The notes under the pieces: generated by a model | The model's database searches: none | What the model was told of the DNA's origin: nothing | The model's input: only the letters and a program-made list of their open reading frames with translations | Made by a program: the position numbers and the translations under genes | DNA from: Lingula anatina | Taxonomy: Eukaryota; Animalia; Brachiopoda | Assembly (NCBI GenBank): GCA_051362555.1 | Contig: CM120647.1 | Span: 19,878,651-19,942,650, forward strand | DNA length: 64,000 nt | Reading direction: 5' to 3' | In this document: positions 51,586 to 64,000 of the stretch, piece by piece | Position numbering within the stretch: position 1 is the stretch's first letter | Layout of the letters: every line of letters begins with the position of its first letter

Positions 51586-53281
51586 CTCTCTCTCTCTTTT
51601 TTTTTTCTCGGCATGAGCAGCATGTCTGAATTGTTTACAGGCATTAACAAATTAAAAATACACAACCTATTACTCCTATTACTTTACTCCCACGGCTTGC
51701 ACAAGTTACAGAACCTTCAAGGCCTTTGGTAGAATTGTTTGGCTCCTTCATGCATGTGATATGTTACCTGATATACCTTGTTTGCATATCGTAAAGACTT
51801 CATTGATCTCTCTGCATTATGAAGAAACTGGATGAAGTAAATGGCATTTTGATAATGATTTTTCATAAATAATGTACTCTGTAATCCTGAATGGTGGATA
51901 TATGTATGTAAGCAGATTATGTCCACTGTTCTGGAATACTCCACCCACGTATTGGAGAATACGAGATGAGGAGGAATAGTTAATTGTGGGAGTAATGATA
52001 TTTTTAAACAAATAATCTTAGATTCTTATAAGGTGCTAGCTCCTTGTTGTCTTTTAAAAATAAAACCTTTGTGACATTTCAGTGATTCCTCGTCATGTAT
52101 TCCAGGCTGGACTATGTGATGAAGTGTAATAAATTTCTTTTTTATTTTTATTTTTAGATTTAGATTTAGAGAGTAAAATCTTATGCATACCATTACCATG
52201 AATCAGGAATCCATTCATCATGAAATACATTGATTTGACTTGATAGATAGAAATTATTTCTTACTTGGTTTAATGATTATGAATAACAGCTATTTGTTTT
52301 CAAATTTCTCACTCATTCCAGTTTTTTAAACTTAAATTTAAAAGAATTAATTTTTTAGTTGGGGCTGTATAGACGCAGTTATATACCAATTAACTTTTTA
52401 AAATTAACTTTTTAAAGTATTACCATCAAGACATTGTCTTGGGAATATTATTTTTTATATTCACAATCAAATTATTTTATTCAATTGGGTCACTTTGGAT
52501 GAAACAAGTTGAAATATGATAGAGACCGTTCTCTGCTAGCTTTCATACAGCTTTTAGTTTTCAGCCAGCTTTCAATTGACACCTCAGGTGAAAAGGTGAC
52601 ATCTGCTTTCACCAAAATCGAATTTCCTGGACAGGTCCAATATTTATCCTTTGCAGACAGTCAGATGTCAGATTAAATAACTGTCAGGTTATCTCTTCCT
52701 TCTTCCTCTCCCCTTAAATTATTGGACCAGTTTAAAGAGTGTTGTTGTGTTGAGGGACAGGTAGCGCGACCTGGTGGTCAGGAAACTTTGATAGGGTAAA
52801 GAAACATAAACAGCTGATTCTGATGCTGCTCACAGTTTGAGGGGGAGAACACTTAAGAAGGAACCACAGCCTTAAAGTAATCACAGAGGCAGAGATCTCT
52901 CGCAACACAGCGTCAGAATGAGAAAGGAAGTGACAGAAGTAACGCAGAAGTAGATGTGACAGAAATCGCTCCCCCAGGAGGAACATATCAAGTGTGTTGT
53001 GAAGCAGGGAGTTGTTTTCGGATGACCGCTCAGAATATCAGAGACAATTAAAGCTGAATTGTGTTGGGTAGAGTTACAGTGTAAGGTGACACATGTGAGC
53101 CGTCTCAGGTTTTTTTCTTTCTTTTTTTTTTTCTGTAGTCACCCATGCGTGTTGGAACAGATCCCCCCAGAAAAACAAGTTTAGCACTCTTGTTAAATGG
53201 AAAGGAAGGAAGGGATAAGTACAAGAGTGGAGTGTCCTGTGGAGCAGAACATTTCTAGTTGTTTTTGCCACTCTTTACTTT

Positions 53282-53496
53282 GGCTCTGTTCTCACAACTT
53301 TTAGATCGATCTATCACCGCGGGGAGTCTCACTAGATTACTGTCAGATAATCCCCCTTAAGTGTCCGTCCCCGCCTACTACAAGCTTTAAGGGGTAATTA
53401 ACTTTCGTGTCCGCCCGGCTGACAGCTATTTAGCGTGAACCCCCAGGGAGTTAGGTCGATCCAATGTAGGTCGATCTAATCTATGAGAATGGGGTG
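53282..53496 (+). mobile_element. Older MITE; homologous copy in reverse orientation at 62779-63003
   Basis: Imperfect TIR GTTCTCACA..TTAGATCGAT / GTCGATCTAATCTATGAGAAT. The interior GGGGAGTCTCACTAGATTACT and TTTAGCGTGAACCCC is shared with the 62.8-kb copy. Confidence 0.75.
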
Positions 53497-54395
53497 TTTG
53501 ACTGAGGTTCTACCAAGGGAGCTGCTTCATCTGATTTCACCGTCTGAAAAAGAAAATACCGAAATACTTTTAGCAAACTTTTTCCTAATAGGTATTAAGT
53601 TAAACAGTCAAGAACAATTACTGTTTTTGTTTTTCCCATCAGCATTTGAACGACATTCAGTCTAAACTATACCTTGAACTGTCACCAAACGAACTGGAAG
53701 AACAATTTCCATGGAAGGGGTTATTTATAAACTGCTGTAATTTTTTTTCTGGAACAAAATAACTGGAGATACATGTTATAAAGTAACTGTCTTTATAACC
53801 TTTCTAGATACTGAATTAGTATATGTACATGTGCAAGGAGTTCCAGTGACAAACATGCATGTACTAGTACCCTTAACGCCATATTAAAAACAGTGACAAA
53901 GTACATCCACTTTAGAGTGACTCTCAAGTGATAAGATTTGATTGCCACTGCAGAAACAAAATTAATGAAATTACCAGGAGTCGTTTGTTTCTGATATTTA
54001 CTAATTTATACACTAAAGAATGGTTAATCTCTGATGAGATAGGGCCTGTCCTTAACTGACTGGAACCTGTCGCTGCCTCAAAGGAAAAAAAAGATTCTCA
54101 AGAAAGAAAAGCTGTTAGACTAGCTATGTCTACTAGTAAGATAGGCCATCCTTTGGATTGTTAAGCACATTGTATTGAGATGACCACATTTGAGTTTTGG
54201 TGACTGGAGACAACAATACACCCCAAGTCTCAGTAGCCCATCGCTCCATGGAAGATAGAAATTAAATTGCTGTTGAACTCTGTAATCTATTCACGGGGGA
54301 CACCTCTTCTTCAGTAAAGAGGGAAATTAAAACCTTATTGATCTTTCACGGACTATATAGGATAACAGATTATTTACCAGTGGAAGACAGCTGTT

Positions 54396-54410
54396 GTTGC
54401 CCATGGCAAC
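54396..54410. promoter_or_regulatory. RFX X-box motif
   Basis: GTTGCCCATGGCAAC. Confidence 0.45.
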
Positions 54411-55203
54411 TGTTTGTTGCAGGCAGTGGTAGCACCAATCCAGTTGAAGATAGAAATTTAACCTGTGTCAATCGTCATTAGAATTGCCCCCCACAAGGTA
54501 TCCAAATTCTTAATAGTTTCAGTCTGTCTGGGAGCTCCATAGTACAAGTTGGTTCTATTCATCCCAGATCATAACTCTAGTAGCTCTTAGCAAGGTGTAT
54601 GCTCTGGCATACAAAAATTCAGTCTGGAGTTTTCAGTTGCTTTTTAATTCTCGAACTGATTGTAAACGTGCTCGCTGAGATTCAAGTGGAATGACATTCT
54701 GTTTATGACATTCATTTCTTGACAGCCAGTACAGTTTCTTATTTGGAATTGATCGTATCAATGACATTTCAATGCCAAGGATATATTTTATCAGGAAATT
54801 CTCTTGGGATGCGATACACAAGTAACTGCTGATTGAATGGTGAAACACATGACACTGATCAGAGAGAAGTCTGAAAAGCCTAAACTGCATGGTTATGTGA
54901 GGACCACTTGACATTGAGAGCCGACATTGATACCTGTACATAATATATCCCTTATCGCTCCAGGGAAGTTGCCTGTTGCTGAATCATCAAGTTTGATATC
55001 TGGTGTATTACAGTCATTTAGGAGATTCAGTGCCCACATTAAGTGCCGTTTAAGACAGATTCATTGTATATTAGTTCCGATTTAGGCGGCAGTAGCTTGT
55101 CTGAATTGGTGAGTTGTGGCATTTGATGCTGACATATCCCAGATATCTCAGTACAATTGGATGTTTCATAATTGGACAATGATGGTTTAATGCTGTTACA
55201 TTA

Positions 55204-55291
55204 TATCTGAATGCTGCTACATTGTATCTCAACTTTGCTACATTGTATCTGAATGCTGCTACATTGTATCTGAATGCTGCTACATTGTATC
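55204..55291 (+). repeat. 21-bp minisatellite, ~4 copies
   Basis: TATCTGAATGCTGCTACATTG repeated, with one diverged copy. Confidence 0.9.
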
Positions 55292-56459
55292 ATTGATTTC
55301 TCTTGAGAGGTGATTCTCTGCTTAATTGGGATCAAGACATTTGATGCTGGGGCACACGCATCACTTGCAAGGCAAGCCTTCAAAAGATTAAACAGCAGTT
55401 TGATGGCAATTTACTTTATCTAAAGGTGTAGCTCCCTTTTAGTGGCACTTCACTGAGGAAGTTACGGTCTACTGAAATGACAAGATAACCTTTTTGAACT
55501 TATGGCAGAAAATATGGATTCCAAAGTTATCATGACAGAGACATTTAGTGGCGTCTGACTTTGATTTGTTTCTCTCTTCTTTTTATTATTATTATTATTA
55601 TTATTGCAGCTGTGAAGTTACAGAAATAGTCTCATCATTATTGTGATATGCTCAGTAGATAAAAAGCATAAAAAAGTGAATACAAGTCTATCAGACGTAC
55701 ATAGTCTGGATATTTTTGACAATTCGGCACTTCGTACCAGACTTTGACTAACAAGCTGGTGTTGAGGTCTTGTTTCCAGTTCTGATAACAGAGAACTTTG
55801 CTATAGCCATCACCTGAGACAATAAACTCTGGAGATTGTTTTGTTTCTCCTTTTGATTTTATATACAGCTTGTCTTAATTGCTTAACAGTCTGAGGCAAA
55901 GACATTGTGGTCTCAAAAAGGGCCCTGATGAATTTGTAACAATTGGATGCCACACTCTGCAGTTGCGTGTCTTGGAAATTGATAAATTTATTTGTGTTAT
56001 CATATCAGGACTTAAACAAAGGCTGCACAAACTGAATGCATGCTTAGCCCTGCGCTGCCTTTGTGAATAACATTGATTGTCGCAGCCACGTTGCCAGATA
56101 TAGAATTCTCGGATATTTGGCTTCATCCTTGCAGATATTAATCATTAATAATTAACAGCCAACAGCATCTTCAGGAGCCTGGAAATGAATTTGCTTTAAA
56201 ATGACATAGAAAAAAGAGGATGTTGACCAAAAAGTTTTGATCATTAAGAAACTTTATTGCTCGATATTACATGTACTGTCTTGTTAATTGCTGACGGGAG
56301 GTTGGAACTCTTCCGCTATCGAGGGTGACAGTTGGATTCCTATTTGTGCTCACTGTCAGATAATATTCAGCCCTGGACTTTCCAAGATGTTCAATTATTA
56401 TTATATTAGAAATAAGGTAAGTCAGTGTGTATAGCAATATACTGTGATCCTAACCAGGG

Positions 56460-56538
<79 letters not shown>

Positions 56539-59500
56539 AACAGCTCTGTAGTGATCTGAAAGAATAATATTGAAATTAAAAACCAGGTTAAAAAAGTACA
56601 AATAGTCATGAATCATAAAGAAAAAACAATTCTTTTGTTAAATTTTTGATTAAAAAATGTTCACTCTAAATTCGGAACATGCCTCAGCAATGACTTTTAC
56701 CGAATGAATTTTGTAAAAAAAGAAAGAAGGTGAAACATTGGTAGTTAGTGTTAGTTTAGATCATGTGCTTTATACATAAAGTACTAGTCTGGTAAACTAA
56801 GATATCCAAGTTCTCATTTTCCTATGTGGACATATGATATTGTGTTAAGTGCCCAAAATAAATTATATAGCTATTTATGTGTGCCCAAAGGTTGTTGGTC
56901 CCCTCTGCTGTTTCGTTTACCCAGAAACTGAATTCTTTAAAAAATAAAAAGAACACACACAATAGGTGAAAGTCATTAACTGGGAAGATGTTGGTGTGAG
57001 GTATTTATACATTATGGCCTCTGCTAATAATACTGTTATCACAACCAATATTGAGAAATTGTTTCTGTTTTCTTTAAGAAGTGTGTGAGTTTGGAGGGTT
57101 GTTGTATGTGCGCCCAGTCTATTGATGGCCGAGGTTTGAGCACACGTTTATTTAGCCAGTTAATAGCGGGAATGCACGCTGTGTTGGTTTTGATAGCTGA
57201 TAGGGGGATTTGATCAGATTTGATAAAGGTAATTCAGGGGCTCGTATTAAGAGTATTGGTATAAAGTATAGCCAGGGGGAGTTTTATTATGCAAAAGGAT
57301 GATGGGGGGGGGGGAGGGATTGGCTGTAACTTTTTGAAGAAGTACATTGAGGCTTTTTAAGATTAATACAGAAAAAAATGTTTATTGTGCAACAAGAAAT
57401 CAAATTAATTCCAGATTAAGTCGAAACAATTTAGTAATTTTTTGTTTGATAATCTCCCCCCAACAAACCCTTCCACCGCCACCGCCCCCCCCCCCCCCCC
57501 CCCCCCCCCCAATCCCCACCCCAAATCCACAAGGAATAACAAAATGAATCACTTCTTCTTGGTACAAAACTCATTCCCGTCAAAACATCAAATTATAGAA
57601 GCCAGTGCTGTGATGTTTTCAAGCCTGCAGCAACTGCAGTGGCTGTGTTTTTACACATTAATTTGTATACTCCCCGTTAGTCTTTAATGTGCAACTGAAG
57701 ACTGGGAATTCGATAGGACTTAAGGTTGACTTTACTTCTGAAAATAAACTGTACAGCCACATAGCTCGGTGACTGATGCATGAAATTGTTGATGTTGTAA
57801 TCTTAGTTGTTGTTTGGTTAAAGAAGAGAGAGAGAGAGATCTTAGTTGTTTTGTGATTAAAGATGAGAGAGAGAGGGGGAGAGGAGTGGAAAACTAAGGC
57901 TGATATGAACAATCAGACTAGCTTTTCTTGATCTCTGACAGACAGACAGGCAGACAAATAAATACATAGGTGGATAGATGGAAGTAATCAGTGATTTCTT
58001 GATTGAAGAAATGAATGAAGACAATATCTCACCATTTAAAATAATGCAGTAACATTTTACAGCCGCTTTTACCTACTTATTGATCTGTTGCATGCTTGAT
58101 CATTCCACGTAATTGTTCTCTCTCGCACTGAATCAACGCCTGATTGACAGGTGAGAACATTGGTGCCATGTCAAATATCCAGAAGTCCTTAGACCTCGAT
58201 TCCTTTCTTTCCTCAGGTCGGCACATTCAATCAGAACTCAATAAAAAGGTCTTTGTTTATTTGTCTAGACTGAATCGTGTTAATTACTCTCGTTTTGTGG
58301 ACTAATTAAGATCTTTCATTATTCACACGGATTATACAGAAAACTGGCTGAAAGGAGTATAGGATTTCAGTGGATGAAAACTGGGGGGTATTTTACTCGT
58401 GCCTTATGTAGATTTTGTAATTTCTTTGGGTCTACTTCCAATAAAGAGAGGTCAGTTAACCTAATTTAAGTTTCCATTTTCTGTATTAGGAAGATAAAAA
58501 GAATAGTTTTGTACTTATTTATTGCTACAGTTTAGGAGAGCTACATCTGGAATTATATTTATAACTATTTATTATTGCTATCACAATGGTAATTATTATT
58601 ATTATTATTATTTTTATAAGGACATATTGCATATGAAATTCCAGACCTTGCAATTACAACTGGAATAATACAATTAAGATAAAAGGGCATCAGAATTGTA
58701 ATTCTTTCAGGAGGTTTGCTTTAATTGGCCTGATCCACATGTACTGCATGCATATACGCACTGACTGTTATCCCATTCGACAACTTTTGTGCTATTATTT
58801 CACATAAACTTTGAAGTTCACAAAGGCCCAATCTATCTTATTGATCCCCTGCGTGCTGTTGTGGTGCTGTGCCACTCTGATCTTTTAACAGCAGGATTGA
58901 TTCTTCCCCACGTGTTCCACGCCGCGTTACAGCGACAATGGGCAGTAATTGAGTCCCCACATGAAAGGTGATGTGGAGTTATTCCACTGGAGTTTTGCTT
59001 AAAAAAAAAAAAAAAACCCTTTACTCCCACATTCATAATCACTGACAATGTATCGTGCAATTCTTTCAGAAAGAATTGCGTGCAAAGGCTGGTTGTCTGT
59101 TTGGTACCTAAAGAATGAAGGAAAAAAAAAACTTTACAAAGTACAAAAAGATGTTATGAGAATTCTGCAGTTAGAAATGGATCTATAGAATTCAAGATGA
59201 AAAGATTTTAGAAGCAGTCTGGTTCTTCTCCTATTTGTATAGAATTGGTGTAATTCAAGTAAAAGAAGTGTCAATGCCCCTTAATAGAGTTGACTGAGTA
59301 ACTTCTCGTGTCTACCACCGTATTTTGCACCTAGAAATAGATCTAGATAATAAACAGAATATCTTCATACAATACACATAGTAGGTATGTAGTATTTAAA
59401 AGGACAAATAATCGCAGGTGGTACATGTATAGAGTGAGATGGATATTGTTTTTGATGCTTTAGAAGTTTTAGACGATCAGGTGTTGAATATAAAAATACC

Positions 59501-60385
59501 CAACCTTAAGTGTTCAGTATGGGAGGCCTTAGTTCAGAAATTCAGCCATGTAAAACTTAAGACAGCCAGTTTGTAACAATATTAAGTTTAAAGAATTAAA
59601 AGATGAATTTGTATCTTTCATGATATTTTCTCAGAGTTCTGTGAAAAGAGTAAAGATTTTTCTATCAATTACCTTAATTTGTACAAAATTTGGAGGCTAC
59701 GTAAACTGACAATCAATGCCTGTTCAGCATCATCATCATCATCATTATATCGAAGCTGTTTAAGTTCCTGAAATGTAACAAGAATTGAGTAAATGCAGGT
59801 GAATTCAGTGCCCCTAACCCTTGAAACTCAGGGCGATAGAGGTGCCACCTCCCTCTTTGAGTAGGAGGACAAAGAATGTTAATTTGAAATCTCGGGTGGA
59901 TCTATTGTGTTTTGGCAATAATGATAATATTGTTTTTATTGATGTTGTAATTGATAAATATTTGTATTGTTTAGTATAGTACCCATGTGTTTGTGGTAGT
60001 GTTAGTTTGAAAAAGGTTACTCTCATATATGACAGTGGGACATTTAGTTTGATACATGGTATTAATTCCACATTAAAATTGAATAGAAAAGTTAAAATTA
60101 AGTCAATTAAAGAATAACAGTTTTGTAACCTTTTAAGTTATAAATAAAATTGACTCAGACACTAAATGACAAGTTTTACATGGTATACAAATTGGTTTTG
60201 ATCTGGAGATCTGTGGACCTTGACAGCACCCAGAAACAGTAGGATCTCATAAACTCTAGCTTTAGCTATTAGCTTTAGCATCTTATCTAAGAGATCATAA
60301 AAAACCTAATTCAGTTCACTTAAATGTTATATATCCAAATGTGGCATTTTGATTATATGTCTATAAAAGAGTTCCCCTTTCTACT

Positions 60386-60432
<47 letters not shown>

Positions 60433-61404
60433 TCTTTGGTTGTAAAAGAATTTTGGAATTTTATTTGCATTTTTTTGACAAACTTATTGCATCATTTTAA
60501 GAGAAATTAAATAAAAATTTAATTATTATGTAAATGTACAAGTTGATTGAGATGTGGCAGAATGGTATGTTCTAAAAAAAAAAAAAAAAGAAGAAAAATC
60601 TGTGTGAAACTGCAGTTTTCCTCCTTACCAACCATGCTCTTGTGGTAATAAATCAGTCTGTGTACCTGGAGTCTTTCGATATTTCAATAAAGATTTACGC
60701 GTGTAAAAAAATGAAAGGTTACGTTAGAATGATCGTGATGTATTATCAGTAAACATCTCAAGAAGATCATGTGTCGGGACAAGAGACAGGCAAATACTTT
60801 GCAGACAGTGAGCAAACAGCAATGAATATCCATTTACAATGTTTAACCAGGTAATATTGCTACAATGAGCTGAGAGATAGGCTGCTCGTGAGTTCCGAGT
60901 TCAGAAGATTGTCTAAGAACTGTGGCACGATTCTGACGATACTTGTTCTACGTCAAATAAAAAAAAAAGATGAATTGTAAGGTGATCTCTGATTTCCCCG
61001 GAGGATGTGTTTTCTCCTGATCTGAGACACTGCTATTGACATGTATTTTCTTGCGTGGTAACTGTAAGTTAGTGGATATAGGATGTCGCAGGAAATGAAG
61101 CAGGTTGCTGTTAGCCATTTTATTCGATTTCATAATATAGGGCAATAAATAGATGCTTCTTTAATTATTTATATATTCTTCTAGTCTTCGTCTATCAAGC
61201 CTAGTAGTCACATTTTTAAGGGAGAGGTTCTTTCTGTGAAAAAAAGTAGTTTTTTCCCCCTTGATTTTTCATCCAACTTGATACAAATTGCATAAGACTT
61301 TGAACCTTTTCTTGGCAAAAAGACATTTTTTTTACAAAACCACAACAATGTCTTCACCTGCTTACTTCCATGAGTATAAATGCTAAGGCCATTTACTGGT
61401 GCTC

Positions 61405-61672
61405 TTCCCCCATCCATATTTCCACTTTGTTCATCCTTTCATTTACAAATACACAGTAATGAACCCACTCATTCATTTTACCTGCCCACCAACCCAGCCA
61501 TATATCGTCCCATCCCTCCCTCATCCATCTCACTATCCACCCATCCTTACCCCCCCCACTCATCCATTCCACCCTCCCACCTACCCCACCCCTTCATTGA
61601 TCCACCTGTCTGTCAACCTACCTGTCCATCTATACACATATATCCATAAATTCTTCTCATCCAATTTTCCAT

Positions 61673-61715
<43 letters not shown>

Positions 61716-61810
61716 CACCCATTCATCTATCTATCCATTTTTATCCACTTATCCATCTTTGTTCCTATCCATCCCATTCACTCTGCTCATAGCCCACACC
61801 TTGTCCACAA
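61405..61810. repeat. Degenerate (CCAT/CCAC)n low-complexity tract with (CT)n
   Basis: C-rich, G-poor strand with recurring CCATCC/CCACCC. Confidence 0.75.
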
Positions 61811-62778
61811 ACACTTGGTCATAACTCTATGTCTATATTCCGTGTTTACACAACAAGACCATGACATCTTATCACAAGATACATTTCTCTTCAAAACCTC
61901 TTAAAGAGAAGCACCCAAAATTATTACTTCTACCTGAATCTGGCGAGAGACTTACTAGGACAGGTGCTTATGTTACCCGTGAGGTGTTTCACTGAACAGG
62001 TGTGCACAGGTGAGATTTACCTGGTAGGGTTGATTTGCTCGGCTTATGAGTGAAATTTATCAAAACTGGTGTCCTTGCCTTGGTAGCTGTTTGCTGGGGC
62101 AAACTTTCAAATTAAGGAATTTAAGTAAAGACGTGGTTAAACAATGGGTGATGTTTATGATGATGAGTCTATTTGATCTGATTTTTGTTTATTAAATCTG
62201 GGTTTGCTTAGCCAAGATGGGATTATGGTGTGGGCGGGATTTGTTTGTTTCGTCTTGAACTCCTTTGTCAGAAAATATTTTAATGCCACAACAGTTACTG
62301 TAGTAAGAGTTTGGTGTTAATCATAAGAAAAGGAAAGACTGATAAAAGTTTATTAAACATGATTTGTGTAGTAACATGTAAATGTGTTCTGTCATAAATA
62401 ACATTATTTCTATTGATAGAAGTTTTCTGCATGAAGTGTTGATAGTGTCAACGTAGCATTCCTTTGTTTCCTTTTTCTGTAATCTAGTTTGGCAGTAGTA
62501 GACCAGTTGAGGATAACAAAGTTGTATAATTTATAAGTTAAAGTATATTTATGATATATTTCTCTCTCTCTCATCTTCATCTGTTTTTCTCGGAGCCTTT
62601 CCTCCCAAATCTCTCTCTCTCTCCCTCTCTCTTTATCTCCTTTTCTCTCTCTCTCTCTCTCACAGAGAGTATCAATCAGTTTTTAGTCAGCCACTTAACC
62701 CAATCAGTTTACCTTGTGTACATAGTCCAGAAGACAGGAGAGCCACTGTATATTATAAGAGCCAGTTATATCTTAGAC

Positions 62779-63003
62779 TGGGTTCCCATACTTAGATCGA
62801 TCCAACTGGATTGACCTAATTCCATGGGGCTTCACGCTAAATTGCGATCAGCTCAAGAGGCTTAAATGTCTGTCATGCCTACCGAATCAGCTAGGGGTAA
62901 AGATTTACTAGGTGTGACAGACATTTAAGATGGTTACCTTGATAGTAATTTAGTGAGACTCCCCATGGAAATAGATTGATCCAAATATCTGTGGGAATGG
63001 TTC
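62779..63003 (-). mobile_element. Older MITE, second copy of the 53282 family
   Basis: GTTCCCATACTTAGATCGATCC...TTCACGCTAAAT...AGTAATTTAGTGAGACTCCCC...TGTGGGAATGG. Confidence 0.7.
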
Positions 63004-64000
63004 CTTACCTTATCATCCTCAGTGGGGTAGTGATACTGATATTGGTAAGGGGAGACCCATTGGTCCCAAATTCATATCACTTAAGAAGAAGAAAGATGTG
63101 ATTGTTTACAGCACAGTTTAAGTATGGAGAAGATATCAACACTGGTAGGCCGAAGGAGGCCAGTTTAAGGTTAGGTTTGGATTTGTGCTTAATGAAACTC
63201 TGTTGTGCCTTAAAAAACAATCAGAGAAATTAGGCAGGGATAACTGTATGTGGTAGTTCACTGAATTCTTGTGGGTTTGGATTTGTCATTAAACTCAGTC
63301 CAGGAAAATTAGGCAAGGATAACTGTGTAGTTCCTGGTGTGTCGAGGTCGAGGTGAAAAGGGAAAAAAAAAGAAGAAAAAAGGAAAGACATTTTGGAACA
63401 TTTCCCAAGTGAGCGTGGGATATGTCGTCTGAATTGTTTTATAACATCAGAAGTGTTTATGGATGTTTTAAAAAGCTTTTTAATGGTTAGTTTGTCTGGA
63501 TTTGTTGGCAAATTTTATTGGACCAGGTCACTTATAACCTAAACCATTGACTTAGCTCAAATGAAGTGAAATTTAGTTCATTAAACAAGTAGAAATGCAA
63601 TGAGTAAATCTTAAATTTACTTGTCTGTTAAAATATAGAACTATGTGTGTTTAAATATGAAAAGAAATAAATGCTACTTATCAAATAAATTGTAATAAAA
63701 GAAAATATTTCTTTAGTAAAATGATATACAAAAAAAGAACACAACCTGCTCAAGCAGTGAAATTTGTTGTAACATATTGGAAAAAATGTTCCTGTTCAAA
63801 AATCAAGTTACGTGAATATAAGCAGACATTTAGGTGTTAAAACTATCTTTTAAAAAAAGAATGCAGGAAAAGATAATTTAAAAAGGAAAAAATATTACAT
63901 GTTTCCAGAACTTTTGTAAGTGCATATCACTATAAAGAAAGAAAAAATATATAATGTTACCTGTGGAGACCTTATGTGAACAACAACAAAAAAATTTTTA

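Noticed and set aside
52735-53080. Purine-rich, exon-like stretch
   Set aside because: The plus-strand frames I read are interrupted by stops and there is no clear splice-site pair. It could be UTR, but I cannot support that.
61380-61824. Pro/His-rich ORFs
   Set aside because: They come from a low-complexity (CCAT)n-derived tract.

Overview
AT-rich eukaryotic (animal, probably marine invertebrate) non-coding DNA. I see no intact long CDS, rRNA, tRNA or CRISPR array, and almost every ORF in the supplied track is a microsatellite or satellite artefact. The window is best read as intronic/5' sequence of a large gene: several short plus-strand candidate exons and RFX X-box motifs are present, but the gene is not identifiable. 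It is densely colonised by non-autonomous transposons. These include two dispersed MITE families with CAGG termini and 5-bp target-site duplications (TSDs), long-TIR palindromic MITEs (one PIF/Harbinger-type with TTA TSD), and two Helentron-associated (HINE/DINE-like) elements, one carrying a 146-bp satellite array. A 672-bp TIR element with an 8-bp TSD retains a RecQ-type helicase Walker A fragment (Academ-like). A ~7-kb element inserted in a (TG)n microsatellite carries AACCGAGGAC subterminal motifs and nested cargo: a TA-TSD MITE, a modular higher-order repeat, and a deleted Gypsy-like LTR element. Superfamily names are inferences from terminal structure; no database search was possible.
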